From Saprolegnia diclina VS20 (lineage: Eukaryota), in NCBI RefSeq assembly GCF_000281045.1, contig NW_008246115.1, positions 317,438-367,465 of the forward strand: 50,028 bases of DNA. The letters are read 5' to 3'. Under the pieces are notes generated by a model that was not told the DNA's origin, did no database searches, and worked only from the letters and a program-made list of their open reading frames with translations. Of this stretch, positions 1 through 12,755 are shown in pieces (within the stretch, counting starts at the first letter, position 1; every line of letters begins with the position of its first letter). The position numbers and the translations under genes are program-made.

Positions 1-806
1 TTACGCTCGCTTTGGCTTGCGCAGTGTCGCCTTCTTCGAGTGCTCTTTCCACTTGGTCATTCCTGCCTTGGTGGCGGCGAGACCCCATTTCGCGACTTGG
101 AGGCCGAGGATGCACACGAGCACAAGGAAGACCGAGTTGACCCAGAAGCGCGCGAGGTCGTCGCCGCGGAGCTTGTCGCTGTGGCCGAGAAACGCCATCG
201 CAATCGCCGGGTTCATCTCGGGCAGCAAGACGAGCCAGACAAAGCTAAAGACATGCAGCGCCGCCTGGACGAGCACATGGTCAAGTGCATAGAAAAACGC
301 TGTGATGATGGCCGTCTGCTTGAGGCGCGATTCGATCGTCTACACGCAGGACCATCAAACTGTAGCAATAGCGAGTGGGCAGATCGTACGTCTTGCATCT
401 CGAAAAAGAGCTTTTCGCTAAAGAGCGCCATGTGGTCTTGGTCCTTGGTCGGCGACGACGCGATCGCGCCTTGGAGCTGGCGCGTGATGTACGCCGCGCC
501 AGCGTACATGCCAAGGTAGACCGTCGCCGCGGCGAGGAAGCTCGTCTTGCCGTGCCAGATGCGCAGGCACGTCGCGGGCAGACACACGGACGTGGCAGAG
601 TATTTTTCGAGGAGGTAGGCAAACACGAGCATGAAGGGCGCGAACGCGGCGCTCATGAGTTTGCCCTTTGGGAATGGGAAGAAGCAGACGGCGACGGCCG
701 TCGAGAGGCCAAAGGCCGCGCCGAGGCCGAAGCGCACGGTGGGCTGTACGAGCACGCGCTTGGTGAGGCGCTTGAGCAGCGACGGCGCCGGCTTGGTCGT
801 CTCCAT
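1..806 (-). CDS. Hypothetical multi-pass membrane protein (2 exons, about 251 aa)
   Basis: ATG at 806 (METTKPAP...). A GTACG..TGTAG intron at 389-340 joins ORF 213..905 in frame to ORF 1..276. Several hydrophobic segments; TAA at 1-3. Confidence 0.7.
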
Positions 807-1323
807 CAGATCTGAAATGCAGAAATGCAGAAAGGCTGCAAATCTCGAACCCGGAAGATCTTCCTTTTTCGATACCTCTGAGACTATATGGGTATTATAT
901 TTCACAGGTCACACGTCGGACATCGTTCAACGGGCAGGCCGATCGAATTAATTGCTCTGGCGAAATGCGTCTCGGCCGTTGGGCTTGCCAGTTATACGCT
1001 TTGTCTATAAGCACAAGATCCAGCGCACATAAAAGTACCGAGTCTCCGGTTGCGCAGCTTTCTTGAGATTGCACTTTGAGTTTGACGTTTGAGAAAGCAC
1101 TTTGAGAGAAACTGGCACTACAGCTACCATAGGTGTACTCGAAAAATGCGAGGCTATTGATCAGGACGCCCATGTCTTGTTATCAGCGAATGCAGTGCCC
1201 TTCCTCTTGCCTCGGTGTGTCGTCGACTGACAGGTCCATAAACTGCGTGGGTTTAGCCAGTCGATCTTCAAGGGGCGCGGCGCTTGACGCCTTTTTTTCG
1301 AAACGACACTTCTCGCCTCGACC

Positions 1324-2372
1324 ATGCTGCGCCTCTCGACGCTGCTCCTCACGTTTGCGTCGTTTGCAGCGGGCGACGCCACGTCGGTTGCGACGTCGTA
1401 TGTGGACCATGTCCTCAACGCGCGCGGCCAAGGCGCACTCAACTACGCTGGCAACGTCATCAACGTCGACTCGGTGCTGCAGACGCACCCCGAGTGCGAA
1501 AAGTGCTCGGCTTCGACGCCATGCGGGCACAGGTCGATCTTGGGCGTCGGCTCGTGCGTCGCCTCGCTGACGCGCCAGGTTATGAACGGCGTCAATGTCC
1601 AGTACTGCGTTGGCGCTGACGTGTGCTGCGGTGGCGCGTGCCGCAACAGCCACAAGCCAGTCCAAACCTGCACGTACTTGAACAGCAACGTCAAGACCGA
1701 GGTTGATGCGATGACGTACAAGAGTGCGATCGACATGTTGGGCTTCATTGGCGTCGGCGCTTCGCCGCCCCAAGCAAGCGTCGACGCCCTCTTCAACGGA
1801 CTGTTGGCAAACAGCGCGATGGCGCCGCGCTGCTCGACCAACTGCAACGGATGGAACGTCCAAGGTAGCATTCAACCGGTTGCTTGCGCATCGTCTTGCG
1901 GCTGCACGGCGCAGGTACGTTTTTGTATACTGCCCATTGCAGGTGTGATTTTAGTGTGTAGCCGCTCACAACATTTGAATCCGGCGCGTCGTACGTCTGC
2001 GAGCTCAAGCCGACAACGTCGGACGCCGACAGCTTCTTCGCGACAGGCGACGCGACGCTGACCAAGAGCGCGTCGTTTGGCAGCCATCAAGGCAATGCCG
2101 TGTGCCCGTCCGGATACCTCTGCAACAACCCGTCCAAGTGCATCACAGCGAGCGCATATGCAGCGATGGCACCTAGCGCGTCGACGCAATCAAACTCGGC
2201 GACATCGACGTCGAGTGGGCTTTCGACCGGCGGCAAAGTCGGCGTTGGCATCGGCGTGACTGCCGGTGTCGCGGTCATTGCGGCCGCAGCCTTCTTTATC
2301 CGCCGCAAGAAGCTGCGCGACGAGGCCGACCACGGCGGCGCCTACCAGGAGATGGACCCGAGCGACGCGTAG
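1324..2372 (+). CDS. Cys-rich type I membrane/cell-surface protein
   Basis: Signal peptide MLRLSTLLLTFASFAAG, then a Cys-rich ectodomain. Intron 1915-1961 (GTACGT..TGTAG). Ser/Thr stalk, TM segment VGVGIGVTAGVAVIAAAAFFI, basic stop-transfer RRKK and a short tail with YQEM. Confidence 0.75.
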
Positions 2373-2712
2373 ACGTCGTTGCCATAGTGTGTGCCTTTGC
2401 TGTTGTATGACCTCCTCGAAACGAAGCTTCGCTCTCGTCTTGTTGTGGCTACTGGGTCACGAGATTGGGCTAGCTCCATAAATTGCTATGCTCCAAGAAT
2501 TGGTCAAACTCAAATAGTTGGTGGAGCTCCAAGAGTTTCAAGAATAGGTTGAGCTCTAAGGTTTAATTGAGAAACGAAAGAGCGAGCAAGACTTGGCGGA
2601 AATATCCTGGTCGAGTTGCGTGCGAATAGCTTCAAGGTTCAATCTTCGATCGAAGTTCTGTCTTCTTCGAACTTCGGCTGGCCACAACGGCCGTCTGGAC
2701 ATTGCAAGCACG

Positions 2713-3637
2713 ATGGCCGCCGGGAAGAGCGTCGAAGATGGCGTCGCCGACGAGGAGTACGGCCTCGACGACCGTGCAACGATCGATGAGGACGAGGAAG
2801 ACGCGCTCGTTATGACGATGGGCAGCTCGTCGGCCCATGATCTCAGCGACGACGAGTACATGACGCCGACGGATCCGTGCCGATGCTTTTGTACGTCTAT
2901 CGCCGACTGCTCGGGCTCATGGCATGCATGTAGGTTGGTGCAACTACCGCAAGATCGGGTACACGATGCCATCGAGGCGTGACAAGGCTAACGCGAGCGT
3001 AGACAAAGCTACGTCGTCCGCGAGGCGCGGCCCTTCATGCTCGTAGGCCCGCACTGGATCGGCGTCCTCGTCACGCTCGGGCTCATCATTGTGTCGACCA
3101 TCCTATTTATTGGGCAGCAGTACGCGTCGTCTCCTTCTCGTGATCCTCATGGCTCGTCCTAGGTGCGCGGAGCTTGACGCTTGGTACACGCTAGCGTCGC
3201 TGGGCATGGCCGCGGCCACGAGCTATTTTCTCTTCCAAACCACGTGCACGGACCCGGGTATCGTGGCCCGGGGCACGACACAATCGGACCCGGCCATCCT
3301 TGCCACGTGCAGCTATTGCGGTTGCCATTTCTTTTCAAATCGGGTTGGTCGCTCACACATCGACTAGACATTTGCGATGTGCACCAGTTCCGGGGCACCG
3401 AGCACTGCGACGACTGCGGCGTTTGTATCGAGAAATACGGTACGCCAAGTCTTTAGACCGTACAGTAAGTATGGCGTAGACCACCATTGCCCGTGGATGG
3501 GCAAGTGCATTGGGAAGAAGAACATGAAGTGGTTTCAGCTCTTCAACCTTGCGTGGATCGTGTACCTCGTCTTCGTGCTCACGGTCACGATGCAGAACGC
3601 GTCGTCCAATTTTGTCGCCTCGCGTGTCGGCCACTAA
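2713..3637 (+). CDS. DHHC-type palmitoyltransferase (multi-exon)
   Basis: Spliced motifs TDPG, CSYC/DICDV, EHCDDCGVCIEKY-DHHCPWMGKCIGKKN (an intron splits the Asp codon), plus TM helices. Confidence 0.9.
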
Positions 3638-4271
3638 GTCCTAACATTCGCTAAGATGGACCAACTTTGTCCAAATCTGACTTTTCTGCTTGCACAAACC
3701 GCACACGTAACAGCGTCATGGCAGTCTCTTCATGAATTCCTTCTTCCAAATTGCCTTTACATACATACGTAGTTGTCGCACGGCCGTCGACTGGTTCACT
3801 AAATGTAACCTTAGTACAAAAGGTCCGAGTTTGCCTTCAAAATGGAACAGCTGGCTCGCCATTTTGCATGTAGCTGACCCTACTTCCAATGACTAGCGGT
3901 CCGTCGCCTATTAGCCACTTGGGACGCCTGGCTTCGTGACCACTTGGTCCCGGCTTGCGCCCTCCATACACCTCGCCTTCAACACGGCGAAGCCGCGCCG
4001 CTGCTGCCGTCCAGCACATCACGCTCTGAGTCGAAAGTCCAAAACAGTTCAGTGTAAATTCTACCTGAATCGACTCACTTCAAAACAACAACAACCCACT
4101 CGGGTATCGCACAAGGTGCGAACGGAGGCTTGTGCGTTGATGGAGCTCTGTCGACGCCTTGCAGTCCAACGTATGTACTGTACAAGATGTCACCAACGTC
4201 GCCAAGTCGCAGACCAGGTCAAAACGAGGTGGGATTTTTGATAGTTAGATAAAAGCTCGAGAAGTGAGAAG

Positions 4272-5882
4272 CTAAAACGCAGTTCCTGAACAAACGAGGA
4301 CGGTTGCAATGACGCCGACGACCGACGCGACGACCATGACGCCGGCGACAACGACCTTGCGCCACATTGGCGCGTCTGGGACGAGCTTGAGGTAGCACAC
4401 GCCAGGAAAGACGTAGCAGATGAGCGTCACGCAGCTCGCGCCTGTGAGCGAAAAGGTCACTTGAATGCCGGGCATGACCGCCGCCACAAACAAGAGCAAG
4501 CCCATGAGCGCCTTTGAAAATATCAGCCAAATGTATCAAGATATCAACTTGGCACAAAACACGTACAATTGACGCGAGCGCGCGGGCTGGGCGCGACGCA
4601 GCGTGGACTGTCGGCGACGTTGGGTGCTGCTGGTAGACAATATGCATCGTGAACGACTCGCAGAGCATGAGCAGCGGGTGGTAAATCAGCGGAAATGAAA
4701 AGAGGATCGTCGCCAGTACTGCGACGCGCGGGAGGGCCATGAGCGCTTCGCCTTCGAGGTTGAGCAAAATGTTGCCGTTCGTCGCGTCGCCGTACATGGC
4801 ATGTGCATTGTAGCCTACGACGAATAAGATGCATAAGATTCGAGCGGTCATCCTGCGTCGTCGCTGATGTCGTTCGTACCAAAGAGGCTGTACATAACGA
4901 CGCAGACCGTCGACATGGCAAACACGATGCGCGTCATGACTTTCGAGGCGTCCGGGTAGATAAAGCTGCCGCCGGGCGTGTGCCGGCTTTCGTGCGTCGC
5001 TTGTCGCAGATTGTCGTACAGCGGAATGACGTTGAGGTGCATCACAAAGGCGTAGTTGAACATGGACATGAGGTGCGCGGTCGTGAGCACGACCGGCGGC
5101 GTCTCCGTCTTGGGCGAGATCACGGCGGTTGGGCGCTGCGCCTTTGCGACGCAGATGGCAACCACAAGGTAGAGCGACGCGCCAAAGCCAATGTAGCTCG
5201 AGAAGCGAAGCGCGGTGAGTTTCTTGAGCAACGTGAGCGGGTACATGATGGCGACAAAGACACAGAGCACGATTGTCGGCGCATGCTGCGACGCGGGCAC
5301 ACCGACGAGCGCAAGCAAGAACGGCGCAAGGTCGTGCACGATCTCGAGGCACCCGACACACGCGCCAAAGACTGCGAGGATCGTACTGAGCGACACGACG
5401 TGACAAAACCACGGACCCAGCGCGGCGTACGCAAGCGCGTTGAAAGTCGAGAGGGACGTGGCAATGTGGACGCGCAGAAGCGTGTCGGCGCTAAACGCCA
5501 TCGAGAGACCGACGTACACCAAGCTGGATAGCACAAGCCAAAACGGCGCGGTCGCAAAGGCGTACGGGAGGCTGAGCATGCCAGCGCCAACGACCGACAT
5601 GAAGAGCGTCATGAACGTCATGGCCACGAGCATGCCAAATGACGCGTGCGACGCCATCGGAAACATGCGCGGCGCGGCATTGTGCGTCGGCGAGTAGAGC
5701 CCGGACGCCGAGTGCCGGAGCACGATGGGCACGCCGCGCTCGCAGTCGCGGTCGTACGCGTCGTCGTCGGCGGTCGGGCTCGTCGCGCGCACAGAGGCAT
5801 ACGCCGGCGTGGCCGACGGCTTGAGGAGGCGGTGCGACTCCGGCACCGGCGCCATGCGGGGAAGTTTCAAAGTGATCGCCAT
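4272..5882 (-). CDS. Amino-acid transporter (AAAP/Aa_trans, SLC38-like)
   Basis: Motifs SVVGAGMLSLPYAF, ALRFSS, YAFVMHLNVIPLY, MYGDATNGNILLN, FSLTGA and YVFPG; many TM segments; short GT-AG introns. The start could be 5855. Confidence 0.88.
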
Positions 5883-7297
5883 GCTGGAGTGGGGCGGCGG
5901 CGGCGGAGTGGGATGTGCACGCGGCTACTGACGCCAGTAGCAGTGGGCTTTGGCGCTGGGCAGCAAGCTCGTAGGTTTAGTCGAGAGCTATCGAACCGAC
6001 TGTGCCGGTTGGCCACGTGGGGCTAAGCGCACGCAATCGAATGCTCTTGGCACCGCGCGTTCCGCCGGAACAAGCGCTGCGCGTTCGAGACGCCGTGTTT
6101 GCCCAATCACGCGTCTTTTGGCGCCGTATCCGGATATCCGGATGCGAGTGCGACCTTTCCAGCAGTCACGACATTGCACTTGGGGCTCGTGAAGGCAAAG
6201 GCAACGTGGACACGGCGGGCCGTCTTGCCGATTAGCTGGACGCCAAACGTTGGGGAGCAATGGGTGGAAGGGACACAGCTGGTGAAGGCGTGCGGTATGA
6301 TAGGCTGTGTCGTCGATCCTGGTTCCGCAGTGGCCGGCGATTCGACTACGAACATCAACCCGAATCCCTCTGAATCTTGGTTGTTCTTACAGGACTATGG
6401 ATGAACCATGGTCAAGGCGAGTACATTAGCAAAGAGTTGCTACTCAAAGCTCTTGGTTGCTTGTTGGTGCGGCGTGCTAGACGAGGGCCAAGGTCGCGCG
6501 GTGTGGTGGCACGACGGCGGTTGGCGTTTTCGAAGATGTGTCGTCGTAGTCGGTGACGCAGGCCAACTTCAAGTCGCGTCCCACGGTGATGCGCACGCAT
6601 ATCGCCTGAGCTGCGATGATCGCTCATGCGATTCTCGGAGCAGCCGTTAGCTGAGCGTCCAGCGCCGGTTTGTAATCGACGCACGCCATCCCGTGAGCAT
6701 AGTAGCCTCGCTGGCGGCGTTTGGTTGACCAAGGACACGCACAAATTCTGATAGCTAGGACGTTGAATCTTTGGAAGCCGATTTGATTGCAAATACGTGG
6801 TGTGCACCGTGTCACGTCGGTCGACGCGCAGGAGTATAAATGGCGCAAGGGCAAGGTGCACCCATCGCTGGGCCTACGGGAGCTTGCGCCTGTTCAAATT
6901 TTGAGTGGCACGTGCATCTCGATTTGATGGGACGTAGAACTACCTCCTGCGAGCGAGGTGCTGGCACCTGATACCGGTATGGCGTGATTTATGGACTTGC
7001 GCAGCCCAGAGAGAGGCAAAGCGAGAGCATGGACTCTTGACCCAAGACATTCGCAGCACCGACTGCAACTGTGTGATCCTTTCGAAGGGTTGGAAAGAAC
7101 TGATTTGATTGGATGAAATGGACTGCGAACATCAACGACGCGCCGCCACGTCATTTTGGACTACATACATTTTTGCTGCTAAAGCGAGTGATGCATACTA
7201 GCTTGTGGATGACGCTGTTGTCAACAGCATGCCCACCAGTAGACGCCTGGCCGCTGGATATGTGACCGACTCCTCTCAAGTGGCTCCACCAACTCTA

Positions 7298-7720
7298 CTA
7301 CATGTTGTGTGCTACATGTATGAGGACCCATTCGGTCTCTTGCACGGTCCTCAGATCAAAGCAGCTACGACACAGCTCGAGGTCGTCCAGCGCTGGCGAC
7401 GTCAATAGTCCATCGAAGAGTGCACTGATGTCACCGTGATTGCAGTCGAGAAGAAGCGAGCGTAGCTGCGTGCAACTAGGACACTCCAAAAGTGATCGCA
7501 GTGTCGGGACGTCGGACGCTTGGACCGAGATGTCGAGCGTTGTCCGTCGAGATACCATGGGCGCGACGCTGAGGAGCGAGGTTAGGGTCTCGCTACTCGC
7601 TGGCATTCTTTTTGCAGTCGCGATCCATTGTAGATGCCTCAGCGTGGCAAGCTGGGACGACAGGAATGCTATCGTTCGACAGTCTAGGTTGAACGCATCG
7701 ACGGGATATAGGATTAGGGG
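7298..7720 (-). pseudogene. Degenerate RNI/LRR-like gene fragment
   Basis: An open frame with LxxLxL repeats (LATLRHLQW, TQLRSLLLDCN, ALDDLELCRS) but no convincing N-terminus and stops downstream. Resembles the style of 25239-26603. Confidence 0.35.
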
Positions 7721-7727
7721 TACGCGA

Positions 7728-10335
7728 CTATTTTTTGTGTTTGTTTCGACGGATGACAGCGATCATGTTGTGGCCAATGTAGCCGAGTTGCCGGGCTTCG
7801 CCGCCCGGTGGGAGCAAAATGACCTTGTAGCGCGGAATGTCGAGCGACATCCCCGCGACGGGCTCGGCGCGGCGTTGCAGCAGGTACGTCTTGAGCTCTT
7901 CGTACGGCAGGCCGTCTGTCGGCGAGAGCGGCAGCATCTCGTAGATCCAGTGCGGACACTCAATCTTCGAGTCCAAGTGCATGAAATTAGCAAATTCTTT
8001 GAGCTTGGGCAGCTGTGTCACGTTGACTTCCTGCGGGCTACATGTCCATCAACCTCAACCTCAAACTCAAAAATGGACGTACAACGGCTGGCGCGTAAAG
8101 GGCAGCCCCGTCGCCATGGCTCGGCACTGCACCATCTTCTTGCCCAACGTCACGGCAAAAAACCACTCGCTCGCCGGCGTGATCTACAAGACTGAGAACG
8201 AGACTCAGAGAACACGAGCGTACCGGGACAGGCGACGCACGCCGGGCCACGATCGGTGTGCGCGGGTACGACGACGGTGGCGACGGCGGCCCGTTGATTT
8301 CGGCGAGCCGGGGCTCGGGGCGGCGTGGCGACTCGCCGCCGCCAAATTCAAACGACGGCGTGTCGTCATGGAGCGGCGGTGCCTGGTACGACGACTCCCG
8401 CTTGAACCGCTTGGCATCCAACGCACTCGCGTCACGATGACGGCTCTTGGACCGGCTACGACCCCGACGCTCGGGCGGATAGCTCGGTGCACGACCGCCG
8501 CCTCGACCAGCGTTGCCATAGCTGTCGCCGTCGCGGCTACCGTGGCGAGAAGAACTGCGTCTGTTGTCGCGGCTACTATTGCGAGAAGGACTACGACCGT
8601 TGTCGCTACCGCGGCTGCCATAATGACCACCTCGGCCACCCCGTCCAGAGCTGTGCGAGTCGCGGGGCTGGCTACGCCGGTCGTGGCTGCGGTAGTCGTT
8701 GTTGCGCGGCGGACTACGACCACCGTTGGGCAGACTGCTGCCGTAGCGCCCGCGACCTGCGTCGCCACGGCCACCATTGCGGCCATCGTCGTAGCGTCGC
8801 GATACGTTCCATGTTGACGCGCCGTCGTCACGGCGACCGGTCGCGTCCGAGCGCGGCGCCGTCGGACCGTTCCCACTGCCACGAGCCGCGTCACTAGGCA
8901 CGTCCTTCTTGACGTCGGCGCCCCACCCACCGACGTTGCGTGTGCTTGGCGCTGCACTCGGTGCGCCCCAGCCACCCACGCTTCGCGCTACAACCGGGCG
9001 GTCCGGACTCAGATCCCAGCCGGACGCTTGCGTCGGCTTGGTGCTAGCAACGTCAGTCGTCGAAGCTGGCGGCGCACCGCTCGTCGCGTCTTTGACCGGG
9101 CTCGGCGACCACCCTGAGCGCGACGCCGAACTGGTAGCCACTGCCGCAGGTGTCGTGGTCGCGCTGGAAGCGAGAGGTGTAGCGCCCCAACCACCGGTCG
9201 CCAGTGTTGCGTTCGTGTCGGTCGTCAACGTCGGTGCGCCCCACCCGCTCGTCGACGTTTTCGTTGCAGAGGTGGCCGTTGTTGTTGATGGTGCCGGTGT
9301 CGGGTCACGTGCACTACTCGGCCGCGCCGTCCAGCTGGACGCGGCAGTGGTGCTGGATGGTGGCGCATTCCAGCCACCGCTCGATGCTACCGTCGCGGCG
9401 GCCGGCGTCCGTGTCGGTGCGTGAGCTTGTGTCGAGCCAGACGACGATGTCGTGCTGCTTGCAGAGGGAGTGTTCCAGCCCGACGCCTTTCTCAGCTCGT
9501 TCGTCGACGAACCACCCCAGCCGCTGTTGCCCGTCGCCGGACCGCGAGTGACTTCTGGTGCGCCCCAGGCGCCGGGAGTAGTGACGGGCGAGTAGCTCTG
9601 TGATGACTTGGTGCTCGGCACCGACGATGACGCACCCCACGCAGCGGATGACGGCGCAGGCGTCGTCGCGGCGTCCGTCGCTCGGTTTGAAGTCGCGGTA
9701 CCGTCCATCGAGGGCGTTTCGCCGACAACGGAAGAATTCGCTGTCTGAGTTGCGCCAAGCGCGGTGTCGCTGCCGAGAGTTGAGGATTCGGCGCTTGTTG
9801 CTGCCTTGTCCGACGCGGTCGGCGGCGCGCCCGGTGCAAGTTCAAGCCCGTCGGTGGTCGGGCGTTCGTTTGTCGGACGGTGGAGCGTCGCTGACGAGAG
9901 CACGGGCCATCCGCCACGCTCTGCCGAAGACGACTCGTACAACGACGACGCTCGCCGCAGCCCGCCTTGCAGTTGCACCTGGGCGACTGCAACAACCCCG
10001 TTCTTGGTCGCTTGCGTGGGCGTAGAGTCTTCGTCTTTGGCAAACAGGTCTTGCGGGTCCCACTTGGCAGTTGTTGTTGTTGTCGTCGCGCTTTCGCGCT
10101 CGCTGGCCAGTCGCATGGCGGGCGTGGCCGCGGACAGGCTCTGGCTCGGTGTCCAGCCGTTGGTCGTTGCGCGATCGGGCGCCCGCGATGGCTGTGTCGT
10201 GCTGGGCAGTTGTGTGTACGCAGTCGAGTCTGTCTCGGCCCGCTCGCTGCCGCCGTGCGCCGGCGACGTCGCGGAAGCCGTCATGGGAACGCGTCTGGCA
10301 GTGGTCAGAAAACCAGCAAGTGTCTCCTCCAACAT
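7728..10335 (-). CDS. GW/WG-repeat, RS/RG-rich protein with C-terminal SPOC-like domain (3 exons)
   Basis: Long Ser/Thr/Gly-rich exon with 13 GW/WG motifs. Introns 8223-8184 and 8082-8038 join in frame to give EWFFAVTLGKKMVQCRAMATG..FPQEVNVTQ..YEELKTYLLQRRAEPVAG..KVILLPPG..MIAVIRR, an FPA/Spen-type SPOC pattern. Start is 10335 or 10284. Confidence 0.75.
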
Positions 10336-11147
10336 GCAGCATACAACGAGCCTTCTCGCTAAGTACGATTTGAAATACTGTATCAAGACCAAATAATAGT
10401 GTAGCTGTATGACCTTGCAGTCGTCATTCGCCCACCACATCTCACACAGTCACTTGTGAGGTCTCGTGTGCATATGAACGTAGAGAAATCTACCTCTTCG
10501 TGGAACAACGACGTGTGCAAGGCGATAACATTGTCATTCCTCTTGTCGACCCATCCCAGTCGCATCTAAATAGTGTGAAAACGAGACAGTGCCGGTACTC
10601 TCGTACTTATACCGCTCCATCAACTCTGTCGTTGATGATTCTGCCGCCAACTCTACGAGTTGCCCGACGCACATCGTCCGGCCTCGCCTCGCCGCCTGGT
10701 GTCGAACGACGTCTGGCGTGACCACTCTTATGTCATGCAACGACGTTCCTGCGACGCACGGGGCCTACTCGCTGCCGCAGGCCGTCACCCGTACCCGTGC
10801 AAATGGAGGTGAACTTTCTCCCCAAATTTTGTCATAAAAGTGTCCTAAAATGTTTCTTTTCTGTCACACGTTAGCGACAATAATTCGCAAAATTATGACA
10901 ATATTCAAATGATGCGCTCGTTGACCAATTTGGCGCTACAGTCCAACAGCTTTGCTCCCTCTCCCCCGCCATCCCAACCTCCTTTGCAAACCTTATACCC
11001 TCTTAACCTAACCACCTCTTGGTCGTCGAAACCACCCCAAAAACGAGACGTAGTTGTGACACGCGGGATGTACTAGTATAATGGTGACGGGAAGTTCATA
11101 CGATCCATAGATCAACTCGTTGCACTCGACGTAGCAAGTGCTTACGC

Positions 11148-12414
11148 CTACACGGCTTTCGAAGGCTTGCGGTGCGTATTGAGGCGCGAGCCGTAGCCGG
11201 GGCTGTTGGAGAGCTCAATGGCCAGCGCCGACTCTTCCGTGAGCATCATTTGGACGTCGTCGAGGTGCGCATAGTCAAACCAGCGGAGGCGAATGTTGCC
11301 ATTGTACACCGCGGTACCAAAGAAGAGCAGGAGCATGCCTGCAAACTGCAGCCAGCTCCAGCTCGACCACGGCTCGCCGAGGACGCCGCTCGTAAAGACG
11401 TAGAAGAGCGCGAGGTCCATCGACCAGACCGAGACCGGACGAAAGTTGGCAAGGATCGAGCGCCACACCGAGTCGAGAAGGTACGTGACAAAGATGCTCG
11501 CAACGTTGAAGACGGTGATGCACCCAATGTAAAAGGCGCAGAGGTATCGAACCGTCGCGCTGTTGGCCATCATCGTCAGCGAGTCGAGGACGTCTTCGGC
11601 GTGGCCATTGTCGCGGCCCGGCAAGAGAAATGCGATCGGAAAGACGACGACGACCATGAACAGCGTGCCCCACACGCCCTCGAGGCCAATGACCATCATG
11701 GGCGGCATGTCCTTGCGCCGCATGACCGTCTCTTCCAGCACATACTGCGACGAGGTGATGAGGCACCCGATGAGGAGGATGCCGACGCCGAGCAGCGCGT
11801 CGCCCGACTCCTTCTCCTCGGCAAAGCACGACGCTGACACCATGAGGATCGCGATCGCATTGAGTCCAATGCCGCATCGCATGTAGCCCGTGGGCTTGAA
11901 CTGGAGAAAGAGCACCTTGAGCACGGCCACAAACACGATGATCGTGCACCGGACGAGCTGGAACGTGCTCACAGGCACGTACATGAGCCCAATGCTCATG
12001 AGCGCAGTCGCGCCGAGGTCGGCCATGGCCGGGTACGCGAGCATGAGCACGCTGTGGCGCGTCAGCACCGGCGGGTCGTTCTGCTTGGTGAGCCGCGTGT
12101 AGAGCACATGGAACGGAATGGCTAGCCATCGTGAATGAGCACACGACCAAAAACATCGCTAGCTACCAATCATCATAGCGACAAACATCATAAAGGTTTG
12201 CATGAGCGGCTTCTGGAAGTGGCGCACTGTGCCGTCGCGGCCCATGCTCTCGACGCCATACATGATCTACGACGCGCCATGAGCTGGATGGTGATGGCGG
12301 CTTCGGGTCGACCTTGCTCGAGAGCGTCGAGCCCGTGCCCATGATGAGCGCCAAGCAAAAGCAAAACGCCGCCGCGCGCTTCGTCCGCGCGCTCGGTGCG
12401 GAGGCTCCTCTCAT
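11148..12414 (-). CDS. DMT-superfamily transporter, SLC35F6-like (copy 1, two 5' introns)
   Basis: Motifs FQKPLMQTFMMF, PAMADL, GLMYVPVSTFQLVRC, QYVLEE, IGLEGVWG, RSILANFR and WLQFAG; about 10 TM segments. Confidence 0.85.
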
Positions 12415-12755
12415 CGATCTGGTCAAATGCAAACTGAGATCTTAGAGCCATCGCAACCGGATGCCACTCCAGTTGAAGAGACCATATATCTGGATGTGAG
12501 TATACCAGAACTAGCGTCCGGATAAATGACCCACTTCAACTCAAGGACGGTTCCTTGGTGCGCGCCGGCAGACCCAACACGAAAGATGATGGCGAGATGG
12601 ACGAGGACCATGAAAGTATCAAGTACAGGAATGCATGTCCTTGATACAGCGCGGGTGGTGCTCACGTGTGCTGCGTCTCGGGTCAACCAGTCGTCTCTGT
12701 CATTTGCATTCTGAGCATGGATACCACGTCGAGAGCACAAACACAATATATTTGT

